From Patescibacteria group bacterium (GTDB taxonomy: Bacteria > Patescibacteriota > Minisyncoccia > Phycocordibacterales > VMEP01): a stretch of 32,020 nucleotides of DNA. The stretch is from contig JBBTTL010000005.1 of the NCBI GenBank assembly GCA_038064275.1, positions 1-32,020 on the forward strand, given 5' to 3'. The notes under the pieces are model-generated. The model was given only the letters and a program-made list of their open reading frames with translations. It had not been told where the DNA came from and searched no databases. The translations under genes were made by a program, and so were the position numbers. Positions 7,646-15,291 of the stretch are shown here, in pieces; the first letter of the stretch is position 1, and the number at the start of each line of letters is the position of its first letter.

Positions 7646-7681
7646 TACGAATGATTCAAATGATGCGAATGGTTACGAATA
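7646..7681 (+). repeat. four tandem about-9-nt ACGAAT-type units (secE-nusG spacer)
   Basis: tacgaatga ttcaaatga tgcgaatgg ttacgaata. Confidence 0.6.
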
Positions 7682-7714
7682 AAACAATGGATGAAAAAGT
7701 AATATATTTATTTC

Positions 7715-8257
7715 ATGAAGCAAGAAATACAAACTGAACGTAATTGGTACGCTATCCATACCTACGCCGGGTATGAAAACGCGGTTATGCGAAATTTGAA
7801 ACAGCGCATTGAATCTCTCGGCATGGAGGGAAAGATTTTTAACGTTGTCGTTCCGATTGAGAAGAAAATAAAAATCAAGGGCGGCAAGCGCGTGGAAGTG
7901 GAGGAGAAAATTTATCCCGGCTACGTGCTGGTTGATATGGTCGTTGACGACGATTCGTGGTATGTGGTACGAAACACTCCGCGCGTTACCGGATTTGTCG
8001 GCGCCGGCGTCAATCCCGTACCCCTCAACAAAAGCGAGGTGGATGTTCTTTTCAGCAGGATGAAAACAGACACCGCTCGTCACAATATTGACCTTGCCAT
8101 AGGCGAATCAGTTGTGGTTACAGACGGACCGTTTAAAGAACTTGAAGGGAAGATAAATGAGGTGGATGAAGAGCGAGGCAAAGTGAAAGTACTAGTTTCA
8201 ATGTTCGGCCGAGAGACGCCTGTTGAACTGGATTTTCTTCAGGTGAAAAAGATATAA
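7715..8257 (+). CDS. nusG: transcription termination/antitermination factor NusG
   Basis: 180 aa. [15 protein letters not shown] start and a C-terminal KOW ([18 protein letters not shown]). Confidence 0.95.
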   Translation: MKQEIQTERNWYAIHTYAGYENAVMRNLKQRIESLGMEGKIFNVVVPIEKKIKIKGGKRVEVEEKIYPGYVLVDMVVDDDSWYVVRNTPRVTGFVGAGVNPVPLNKSEVDVLFSRMKTDTARHNIDLAIGESVVVTDGPFKELEGKINEVDEERGKVKVLVSMFGRETPVELDFLQVKKI

Positions 8258-8378
8258 AAGTGCGACACAAATATACTAATGCACGTCAAAGCAGGATTAC
8301 TATCAAACTCAAAGATATTTACAAGCTGGCGGTTATAAGTTAGGATTACTTATCAATTTTAGAAATAAGTATTTAAAA

Positions 8379-8407
8379 CCCATTCGTATCATTCGTTTTA
8401 ATTCGTA
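8379..8407 (-). repeat. three tandem ACGAAT-type units, inverted orientation (nusG-rplK spacer)
   Basis: ccattcgta tcattcgtt ttaattcgta (attcgt is the reverse complement of acgaat). Confidence 0.55.
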
Positions 8408-8424
8408 GATTGGCATCGAGAAAC

Positions 8425-8847
8425 ATGGCTAAGAAAATAACCAAAAAAATCAAATTACAGGTGCAGGCCGGCAAAGCCACTCCGGCGCCGCCATTGGGTC
8501 CCGCGCTCGGTCAGGCGGGCGTTAACATCGGCGACTTCGTCACTAAATTTAATGCCGCCACCAAGGATATGGTCGGCAATGTTGTCTCCGTAAAGGTTCG
8601 GGTCTATGAAGACCGAACTTTTGATTTTGTGGTAAAAACTCCGCCGGCATCGGGGCTCATTTTGAAAGCGGCCGGGGTGGAAAAAGGTTCCGGCAAGAAC
8701 ACCATTTCAAAGGCCGGGAAAATTTCCAAAGCCCAAGTGCGCGAAATCGCCGAGACAAAAATGAAGGATTTAACCGCCCATACCGTAGAGCAGGCCATGA
8801 AAATCATTGAGGGAAGCGCCCGAAGTATGGGGATAGAGGTGAAGTAG
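8425..8847 (+). CDS. rplK: 50S ribosomal protein L11
   Basis: [35 protein letters not shown] is a canonical L11 N-terminus. I prefer ATG 8425 over the TTG at 8410 given in the ORF track. Confidence 0.95.
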   Translation: MAKKITKKIKLQVQAGKATPAPPLGPALGQAGVNIGDFVTKFNAATKDMVGNVVSVKVRVYEDRTFDFVVKTPPASGLILKAAGVEKGSGKNTISKAGKISKAQVREIAETKMKDLTAHTVEQAMKIIEGSARSMGIEVK

Positions 8848-8848
8848 T

Positions 8849-8876
8849 AACTTACAACTTACAACTGACAACAACG
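8849..8876 (+). repeat. heptamer array directly after the rplK stop
   Basis: aacttac aacttac aactgac aacaacg. Confidence 0.6.
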
Positions 8877-8906
8877 TCAAAACCCCGCCTAGGCGGGGTT
8901 TTGACG
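8875..8906. terminator. 15-bp perfect hairpin after rplK
   Basis: cgtcaaaaccccgcc-ta-ggcggggttttgacg. Confidence 0.6.
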
Positions 8907-8941
8907 TTCGGGGGCTGACTTTTATTTTCTCGAAAATACAT

Positions 8942-8947
8942 TATAAT
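8942..8947 (+). promoter_or_regulatory. TATAAT 7 nt before the dcd ATG; no SD
   Basis: tataat-tcttgac-ATG. Confidence 0.45.
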
Positions 8948-8954
8948 TCTTGAC

Positions 8955-10070
8955 ATGACTTTGACTTTTTCGGGGCACGGCGCGTTTTCCTCGCAAGACA
9001 TTGAAACTCTTATACAGCAAGGGGCGATTATAAACGCAGAGAAAGAGCATATAAGCCCCGCCTCTCTTGACCTCACGATTTCCGACGAAGCATATCGCGT
9101 GGAGGAAATTTTCTTGCCGAAAACAGGGGAGACAGTACGCGACGTTCTTAAGTCTATAGAAGTATTTCCCCACGATTTTAGTAATCCATTGGAGAGGGAC
9201 GTAACCTACCTTTTTCTTTTAAACGAAAAAATTTCGTTGCCGGAAGATGTCTACGGATATTGCAATCCAAAATCCACGACAGGAAGAAACGATGTCCACG
9301 CGCGCGTGATTGCCGACGGGGTTTCGCGCTACGATGCCGTTACCCCAAAAGGATTCCGCGGAGAGCTGTGGGTCGCCGTTACCCCAAAATCATTTCCTAT
9401 TAAACTGGCGAAAGGCATGCCACTTAGCCAATTGCGCTTGTTTAATAAAGACACCCGCTTCACAGAAGGGGAATGTAAAGACGCGCTTGAAACATACGGG
9501 CTTCTGTGGGACCTAGAGGGGAGGAAATATTCTTATGAGGAAATTAAAATCCGCGACAACGATGGCTCCATCATTCTCACCCTTGACCTGTCGCAGGACA
9601 TTGCGGGATATGAGTGCCACGGGTCAAACAAAGTACTCGATTTTTCAAAAGGCGCGCAATCACATAATCCGGCGGGTTTCTTTGAACGCATCCGCATAGA
9701 CAGAAAAAGAATCCATCTCAAGAAAGGAAGTTTTTATGTTCTCTCCTCGTGCGAAGCCGTTCGCGTCCCGCCGGATCTTACCTGCGAGATGGCGCCGATG
9801 GACGAGCGAAGCGGCGAATTCCGTTCTCATTATGCGGGATTTATTGATCCTGGCTGGGGATGGGGGAAAAACGGAGAAGGGAAAGGGCGTCCGCTCACCC
9901 TTGAAGTGCGTCCGTTTGAAGACATCGTCATCCGTCACGGTCAGCCGATTGGAAAAATAAAATTTGAGCGGGTCACGCAGATTCCGAACATGTTGTATGA
10001 CACAAAGGCGAGCAATTATCTTGCGCAGACGGGGCCGAAACTTTCAAAGCATTTCAAGGAACTTGCATAA
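8955..10070 (+). CDS. dcd: 2'-deoxycytidine 5'-triphosphate deaminase, long (about 370 aa) DCD form
   Basis: 371 aa. PASLDLT, GYCNPKSTTGRNDV and HYAGFIDPGWG resemble the dCTP deaminase/dUTPase-fold family. Sits next to dut. Confidence 0.72.
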   Translation: MTLTFSGHGAFSSQDIETLIQQGAIINAEKEHISPASLDLTISDEAYRVEEIFLPKTGETVRDVLKSIEVFPHDFSNPLERDVTYLFLLNEKISLPEDVYGYCNPKSTTGRNDVHARVIADGVSRYDAVTPKGFRGELWVAVTPKSFPIKLAKGMPLSQLRLFNKDTRFTEGECKDALETYGLLWDLEGRKYSYEEIKIRDNDGSIILTLDLSQDIAGYECHGSNKVLDFSKGAQSHNPAGFFERIRIDRKRIHLKKGSFYVLSSCEAVRVPPDLTCEMAPMDERSGEFRSHYAGFIDPGWGWGKNGEGKGRPLTLEVRPFEDIVIRHGQPIGKIKFERVTQIPNMLYDTKASNYLAQTGPKLSKHFKELA

Positions 10071-10078
10071 TATATCCA

Positions 10079-10099
10079 CGCGCTAATGGGATTAGCGCG
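10079..10099. terminator. hairpin after dcd
   Basis: cgcgctaat-ggg-attagcgcg. Confidence 0.4.
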
Positions 10100-10113
10100 C
10101 AAAGACGCGGCAT

Positions 10114-10139
10114 AAAAAAAGCCCCGCATTGCGCAGGGC
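10114..10139 (-). terminator. intrinsic terminator readable on the minus strand
   Basis: The plus strand reads aaaaaaa-gccccgcattgcgcagggc, so the minus strand has a hairpin followed by T7. It lies just beyond the stop of the minus-strand tmk fragment. Confidence 0.5.
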
Positions 10140-10169
10140 CGTCTCCTACATCCTTATAAGAGATGCTTA

Positions 10170-10340
10170 AGATTTCTTTTTTTCCACGATGTCCTGTTGC
10201 CCGCGCTTTACGTCAAACGCGTCGGGATTATCGTCAAGGTAAAGGGCGAGGCCGTATGGGCCGAATTCCTTTTCCAACATCCCTGCGACCTGATACGCTC
10301 TCTGCCTTAATGTGGGGTGTACGAATCGCGTTCGCGAAGT
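10170..10340 (-). pseudogene. tmk: thymidylate kinase internal fragment (remnant)
   Basis: 57-codon open frame: TRFVHPTLRQRAYQVAG..PYGLALYLDDNPDAFDVKRGQQDIVEKKKS*. It parallels the Tmk segments DRF..S.AYQG and PD.t.yLd..pe....R.....DR.E. No P-loop N-terminus or credible start. Confidence 0.3.
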
Positions 10341-10455
10341 TCATCTTGAGCTTGCCAAAGAAAACAATTGGCCCGTCGTAAAAGCTAACGGCACGCCGGA
10401 AGAAGTAGAGGAACGCATTTGGCAAAAAGTAGCTCCTTACTTCTCTTTTGTTTAA
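10294..10455 (+). pseudogene. tmk: thymidylate kinase C-terminal fragment (remnant)
   Basis: NRVREVHLELAKENNWPVVKANGTPEEVEERIWQKV parallels the E. coli Tmk C-terminus ([33 protein letters not shown]). Upstream frame closed by TGA at 10291. Followed by an intrinsic terminator. Confidence 0.4.
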
Positions 10456-10469
10456 TCAAATTGTAGCAT

Positions 10470-10490
10470 CCGGCCCTATGGCCGGTTTTT
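10470..10490 (+). terminator. intrinsic terminator after the plus-strand tmk fragment
   Basis: ccggcc-ctat-ggccgg followed by tttttctttaatttttttt. Confidence 0.7.
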
Positions 10491-10562
10491 CTTTAATTTT
10501 TTTTCACTCGTGTTGCTAAAAACGGCTAACACCCAATTGTACCTGCTTCTGGCGGGATAAAA

Positions 10563-10571
10563 TGCTAGAAT
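10563..10571 (+). promoter_or_regulatory. extended -10 TGcTAGAAT 6 nt before the dut ATG; no SD
   Basis: tgctagaat-tcgcct-ATG. Confidence 0.45.
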
Positions 10572-10577
10572 TCGCCT

Positions 10578-11006
10578 ATGTTAAAAATTAGATTTAAAAA
10601 ACTCTCGGCAGGGGCGAAAGCACCGTCTTACTCCCACCCAGGAGATGCGGGAATGGATTTGTACGCGAACGAAAGCGTTGCTATAAAGAAAGGGGAAGCG
10701 ACGCGCATCCCGACAGGTATCGCCATTGAAATCTCCGACGGGTATGTCGGCTTGGTGTGGGATAAAAGCAGTTTGTCCACAAACCACGGACTTAAGACTC
10801 TCGGCGGTGTTATAGATGCCGGTTATCGCGGAGAAATAATTGTTGGACTTATTAACCTTGGCAAGGAAGATTATATTGTAGAGAAGCATCAGAAAATCGC
10901 TCAATTGCTTATCCAAAAAATTGAACGCGCGGAACTTGAAGGGACGGATGAATTAAGCGAAAGCAAGCGGGGGATGGGAGGGTTCGGAAGCACCGGCAAA
11001 AAATAA
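10578..11006 (+). CDS. dut: dUTP diphosphatase
   Basis: 142 aa. AGMDLY, GVIDAGYRGE and C-terminal RGMGGFGSTG motifs. Confidence 0.95.
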   Translation: MLKIRFKKLSAGAKAPSYSHPGDAGMDLYANESVAIKKGEATRIPTGIAIEISDGYVGLVWDKSSLSTNHGLKTLGGVIDAGYRGEIIVGLINLGKEDYIVEKHQKIAQLLIQKIERAELEGTDELSESKRGMGGFGSTGKK

Positions 11007-11010
11007 TTAC

Positions 11011-12198
11011 ATGAAAGACTCTCAAATAAAAAAATTGATTATAAAAGAAGAGAAACGGCAAAAGGCCGTTGTTAACCTCATTGCATCGGAAAATTATATT
11101 TCCGAAGATGTGAGCGAGGCTCTCGGCTCGGTCTTTGTGAACAAATATGCCGAAGGATATCCCGGCCGCCGTTATTATGGAGGAAATTCGGTTATTGATG
11201 AACTGGAAACTCTCTGCCAGAAGCGAGCCATTAAACTTTTTGGACTTAGCCCAAATGTCTGGCATGTGAACGTCCAGCCGCTCTCCGGTTCGCCGGCCAA
11301 CATGGCCGTGTATACCGCTTTAGTGCCGCCCGGCGGAAAGATTATGGGAATGAGTCTCTCGCACGGCGGGCATTTAACTCACGGACACAAAGTTTCGGCC
11401 ACGGGAAAATTCTGGCAACAAGTGCCGTATGGTGTTGACCCAAAAACAGAAACCATAAATTACGGCGAAATTAAAAAAATCGCTCTTGCGAACAAGCCCG
11501 ATATTATTGTAGCCGGGTTCACCGCCTATCCGCGCATTGTTGATTTCAAAAAGTTCCGCGATATTGCCCGGGCCTGCGGGTCCATTCTTATGGTAGATAT
11601 GTCACACTTCGCGGGGTTAGTGGCCGGTGGCGCGTATCCATCGCCGTTTCCGTATGCGGACATCGTAACGACAACGATACACAAAACTTTGCGCGGGCCG
11701 CGGAGCGCCGCAATTTTTGTGCGGAAGGTCAAGACTAAAGACGGCAGAGAAATGAGCGAGCTCATTGATAAGGCGGTTTTTCCCGGACTCCAGGGCGGTC
11801 CTCACGAAAATCAAATTGCCGCGGTAGCCGTGGCGCTTAAGGAAGCGGACAGTCCGGCCTTTAGAAAATACGCAAAGCAGGTTGTGAAAAATGCGCGAGC
11901 GTTTTCGGCTGAATTAAAAAAGCTTGGTTGGAAAATTATTTCGGGCGGGACAGACAGCCACTTGATTCTTGTGGATGTGTGGATGGGGGGCAAAGGATTA
12001 AGCGGCGCTGAAGCAAGCGACAAGCTTGAGGGTGCGGGAATCATCGTCAACAAAAACACTATTCCCGGCGAAACCCGTTCTCCGTTTGACCCGTCGGGTA
12101 TTCGTCTTGGCACGGCCGCCGAAACCACTCGCGGCAAAAAAGAAAAAGACTTCATAAAAATCGCCCAGAGAATTGACCGGATACTAAGAAAGCAATAA
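11011..12198 (+). CDS. glyA: serine hydroxymethyltransferase
   Basis: 395 aa. NLIASENY, YPGRRYYGG, and TTTIHKTLRGPR containing the PLP lysine. Confidence 0.95.
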   Translation: MKDSQIKKLIIKEEKRQKAVVNLIASENYISEDVSEALGSVFVNKYAEGYPGRRYYGGNSVIDELETLCQKRAIKLFGLSPNVWHVNVQPLSGSPANMAVYTALVPPGGKIMGMSLSHGGHLTHGHKVSATGKFWQQVPYGVDPKTETINYGEIKKIALANKPDIIVAGFTAYPRIVDFKKFRDIARACGSILMVDMSHFAGLVAGGAYPSPFPYADIVTTTIHKTLRGPRSAAIFVRKVKTKDGREMSELIDKAVFPGLQGGPHENQIAAVAVALKEADSPAFRKYAKQVVKNARAFSAELKKLGWKIISGGTDSHLILVDVWMGGKGLSGAEASDKLEGAGIIVNKNTIPGETRSPFDPSGIRLGTAAETTRGKKEKDFIKIAQRIDRILRKQ

Positions 12199-12250
12199 GT
12201 CCCGTATTCACCACTCATACCAGTTGCATTTATTAGCGACATCGTTTATT

Positions 12251-12286
12251 CACCATTCGCACATTCGTACGAATGTGCGAATGGTG
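12251..12286. repeat. perfect 36-bp palindrome (copy 1 of 3) abutting the ArsR-gene -10 box
   Basis: caccattcgcacattcgt|acgaatgtgcgaatggtg; the two halves are exact reverse complements. Confidence 0.9.
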
Positions 12287-12293
12287 GTAAAAT
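12285..12293 (+). promoter_or_regulatory. extended -10 TGgTAAAAT 6 nt before the ArsR-gene ATG; no SD
   Basis: tggtaaaat-caaaaa-ATG. Overlaps the right end of the palindrome. Confidence 0.45.
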
Positions 12294-12299
12294 CAAAAA

Positions 12300-12566
12300 A
12301 TGAAAGCAAATGAAATGGAATTTAATTTGAAAGCGTTAGCCAACCGACGCAGACTTGCAATTATCACCTTTGTAAAAATTAAAAGAGAAGTAACGGTTGG
12401 GGAAATAGCAGAAGAGATAAAACTCTCGTTCCGCTCAACGTCAAAACATCTCGGGGTCCTCGCCGCGGCTGGTATTTTGGAAAAAGAACAGAGAAGCGCG
12501 CAAGTTTACTATTCTTTAGGCGGGAATCTTTCAGAGCCCGCTCGGCGTATTGTCGCCCTTCTTTAA
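12300..12566 (+). CDS. ArsR/SmtB family winged-helix transcriptional regulator
   Basis: 88 aa. LKALANRRRLAIITFV..EVTVGEIAEEIKLSFRSTSKHLGVLAAAGILEKEQRSAQVYYSL is the ArsR HTH pattern. No obvious metal-ligand Cys motif. Confidence 0.85.
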   Translation: MKANEMEFNLKALANRRRLAIITFVKIKREVTVGEIAEEIKLSFRSTSKHLGVLAAAGILEKEQRSAQVYYSLGGNLSEPARRIVALL

Positions 12567-12620
12567 GAATCCTTGGCTAAGTTTTTATTTATCCGTTCAG
12601 CTTCGTAGTATTACTGTCTG

Positions 12621-12655
12621 ATTTACAATTCGCACATTCGTACGAATGAGCGAAT
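12621..12655. repeat. palindromic repeat, copy 2
   Basis: atttacaattcgcacattcgtacgaatgagcgaat. Identical over 35 nt to copy 3, with one arm mismatch relative to a perfect palindrome. Confidence 0.9.
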
Positions 12656-12714
12656 TGCTTCGCGAAAGTGCGTATGATATATTTTTGAGCAGATAATCCC
12701 CGAAGGAGGATGTC

Positions 12715-13209
12715 ATGTCGAGCAAGAAATGCCGCGTAAAACCGACCGATCTCCAGTGGGACTGCGCGATGCGGGTCCTGAAAAAGGTCCGCCCGCAGCA
12801 GACGCTCCACCTCTGGAACGACCCCGCCATCACCTGCGATATGTTCTTTCGCTTAAGCCGGGAGATTCGCCAGATCACATTAACACCTCAACCAGTCTGT
12901 GGCGATAAAGAGGTACCGGCGACCATAGAACAACGGATTGATGGAACTGGCTTGATTTATTATGTGACCGAAATCAAAGAGGTCTTGCCGTTTGAGGAAC
13001 AAGTGCTTTGTTTTCTCCATGAGCTCGCCCACATCGCCGTTTGGAAAGGAGAGTTTATACTTCCTTCGACGTGGAAAGAAGACGACGTCGAGTGGTTCGT
13101 GGAGCTCCTCGCCGTGCAGTACCTTGAGACCTGCGATTACTATGTATACTCGAGATATCTCCAGTATTTCCCAATCGCGTATACTAAGCATCTGCTCGCC
13201 ACCCTGTGA
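12715..13209 (+). CDS. hypothetical protein with HExxH motif (putative small zinc metallopeptidase-like)
   Basis: 164 aa. AAGGAGG at 12703-12709 lies 5 nt before the ATG. FLHELAHIAVW with acidic residues downstream. Terminator overlaps the stop. Higher G+C than its neighbours. Confidence 0.55.
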   Translation: MSSKKCRVKPTDLQWDCAMRVLKKVRPQQTLHLWNDPAITCDMFFRLSREIRQITLTPQPVCGDKEVPATIEQRIDGTGLIYYVTEIKEVLPFEEQVLCFLHELAHIAVWKGEFILPSTWKEDDVEWFVELLAVQYLETCDYYVYSRYLQYFPIAYTKHLLATL

Positions 13210-13240
13210 GGCTTTGTCTAGCGCCCCACAGGGTGTTTTA
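13200..13240 (+). terminator. intrinsic terminator overlapping the stop of the HExxH ORF
   Basis: caccctgtg-(18 nt)-cacagggtg followed by tttta. Confidence 0.6.
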
Positions 13241-13448
13241 TATGTATAGTATTTCTGTATGATTGAAATCGCTTTTTATTGATCCCTATAAAGGCGTCCA
13301 CGACTTCTATTCCGCAACCCAGCGGTCTTTTCTCAATACACCGCGGAAAGGGGGGTGGAATTTATTAGCAACATACCCATCTCTGCCCGTACGTTAACTC
13401 ACGCAGACATTCCCCGAGGAAACTTTATATATTTTGGTCTATATTAGT

Positions 13449-13483
13449 ATTTACAATTCGCACATTCGTACGAATGAGCGAAT
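13449..13483. repeat. palindromic repeat, copy 3
   Basis: 35/35 identity with 12621-12655. Confidence 0.9.
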
Positions 13484-13545
13484 AGCGGGCGCGAAAAACA
13501 AGCGGGGTGACATCAGGCGAGTGCGAGCGGGTAGATTTGATTTTG

Positions 13546-13554
13546 TGATAAGAT
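13546..13554 (+). promoter_or_regulatory. extended -10 TGaTAAGAT 7 nt before the argS ATG; no SD
   Basis: tgataagat-taaattt-ATG. Confidence 0.45.
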
Positions 13555-13561
13555 TAAATTT

Positions 13562-15139
13562 ATGATTAACCGCTTATTGCGCGAAGAAATAGAGAAAACG
13601 CTCAATGTGATTTTTCCGAGCGTTGAGGCGGAAGGGGTTACTGTTTCATCTTTGCGTCAGTTTGGCGACTATACCACGAACGCGGCTATGGTTGTTTCCG
13701 CCCGCGTTGGAAAGACGGCAAAAGAGACAGCCAAAAGTATCGTAGCCCAACTGGACAAGAGCGAAGAAACAAAAAAACGTATTTTAAAAATGGAAATAGC
13801 CGGCCCTGGCTTTATAAATTTTTTTCTCAAAAACGAAGTAATTGTTTCCGAACTGGAAGAAATTGGCGAGAAAGCAAAAAAAGGTTTTGGTTTTCGCAAA
13901 GGAGAGAAAATAAACATTGAACCGTCATCCGCCAATCCGACTGGCCAGTTTCACATTGGGCACGGCAGGGGGGCATTTTATGGCGATACCCTTGCCAACA
14001 TTCTTGAATTTACAGGCGGCGACTTGACTCGCGAATACTACATCAACGACTCGCGCGAGAGCAACCAAATCAAAGAGCTCGGCAAAACGACACTCGGGCA
14101 GGGAGAAACATATCTTACCGAAAAATTAAAAACGCAAATCGCAAGACTTAAAACAGAATCGCAGGATATAGGCGTTGTCGGGTTTTTACTTGCCCGAATC
14201 GTACAAAGCGATAACCGGGAATTTATAGAAAAAAAACTGGGAATCCGCTTTGATATTTGGTATTCGGAAGACGAAAAATTGCGGGCGACGCTTTTAAACG
14301 ACCGAACGTTAGCGGCGCTTAAAATGAAAGAGCTTGTGTATGAGAAAGACGGCGCAGTATGGCTTAAAACTTCCGAATATGGAGACGATGAGGATAGGGT
14401 AATAATCAGAAGCGACGAATCAAAAACTTATTTTCTCTCCGATATTTCTTATCACGGCGATAAGTTCGCTCGCGGGTACGATGTGGTGATAGATGTTTTT
14501 GGAGCCGACCATCACGGGCACGTCAAAAGAATGATGGCGGCAAAAAAAATGCTCGGCTGGAAAGGCGATCTTAAAATTTTTGTCGCGCAAATGGTTTCTC
14601 TTAAGGAAAATGGCGTTTCGGCAAAAATGTCCAAGCGCGCCGGCAATGTGGTTTTGCTTAAAGATTTGGTGGATGAATTTGGCCTTGACGTGGTGCGTTG
14701 GTTTTATAATGAAAAAGCGCTCTCAACGCAAATGGAGTTTGACATGGCTCTGGCCAAAGAACATTCGGCAAAAAACCCGGTTTTTTACGTACAGTACGCC
14801 CACGCGCGCATGAATTCTATTCTTGAAAAAGCAAAAAGCGTTTCCGGTGATAACGTATCTATTGAGGCGATACTCAAAGAGCCGTCGGCCAAAAACCTGG
14901 CCCTTAAAATTTTGCAATTTGCGGAAGTGTTGGAAGAGATCGCTAATGATTATCAAGCGCACCGGCTGACTACCTACGCCTATGAACTGGCAAGCGCCTT
15001 TTCCGCTTTTTATCGGGACGTGCAGGTGGTGGGCGAAGGGTCGTATAACACCGGCGCCCTGGCCACGATAAATATCACCAAGATAACACTAGCAAAATGC
15101 CTTTCCCTTTTGGGCATATCCGCACCGGAGAAGATGTAA
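13562..15139 (+). CDS. argS: arginine--tRNA ligase
   Basis: 525 aa. ANPTGQFHIGHGR (HIGH), MSKRAG (KMSKS-like), C-terminal anticodon-binding region. Confidence 0.95.
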   Translation: MINRLLREEIEKTLNVIFPSVEAEGVTVSSLRQFGDYTTNAAMVVSARVGKTAKETAKSIVAQLDKSEETKKRILKMEIAGPGFINFFLKNEVIVSELEEIGEKAKKGFGFRKGEKINIEPSSANPTGQFHIGHGRGAFYGDTLANILEFTGGDLTREYYINDSRESNQIKELGKTTLGQGETYLTEKLKTQIARLKTESQDIGVVGFLLARIVQSDNREFIEKKLGIRFDIWYSEDEKLRATLLNDRTLAALKMKELVYEKDGAVWLKTSEYGDDEDRVIIRSDESKTYFLSDISYHGDKFARGYDVVIDVFGADHHGHVKRMMAAKKMLGWKGDLKIFVAQMVSLKENGVSAKMSKRAGNVVLLKDLVDEFGLDVVRWFYNEKALSTQMEFDMALAKEHSAKNPVFYVQYAHARMNSILEKAKSVSGDNVSIEAILKEPSAKNLALKILQFAEVLEEIANDYQAHRLTTYAYELASAFSAFYRDVQVVGEGSYNTGALATINITKITLAKCLSLLGISAPEKM

Positions 15140-15224
15140 AGACCCGGAATTAAACAGAACGGACGCGGACCGGCGCAGAAAAATATTTGGTTAATTTTTT
15201 CGTTGGTTTTACGAATACGTAAAA

Positions 15225-15291
15225 ACCAAAAATCCACGTGGAATCAATCCGTGACGGCCCCCGTAGATTGATTCCATGTGGATTTTTTGGT
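15225..15291. other. long (about 25 bp) stem-loop after argS
   Basis: accaaaaatccacgtggaatcaatc-(16-nt loop)-gattgattccatgtggattttttggt, with one G-U pair and one bulge. Confidence 0.7.

Noticed and set aside
8410-8424. TTG start for rplK at 8410
   Set aside because: The canonical L11 N-terminus [12 protein letters not shown] begins at ATG 8425. The extra MASRN residues are not L11-like.
10163-10425. Track ORFs 10163-10381 (+) and 10234-10425 (-)
   Set aside because: Their translations have no recognisable features, whereas two other frames in the same DNA show Tmk-like segments. They are treated as by-products of a decayed region.
15225-15291. DnaA-box-like words (aaatccacg / catgtggat) suggesting a replication origin
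   Set aside because: Only about 6-7 of 9 matches to TTATCCACA. There are just two, and they are the two arms of one hairpin. There is no dnaA/dnaN context or AT-rich unwinding element.
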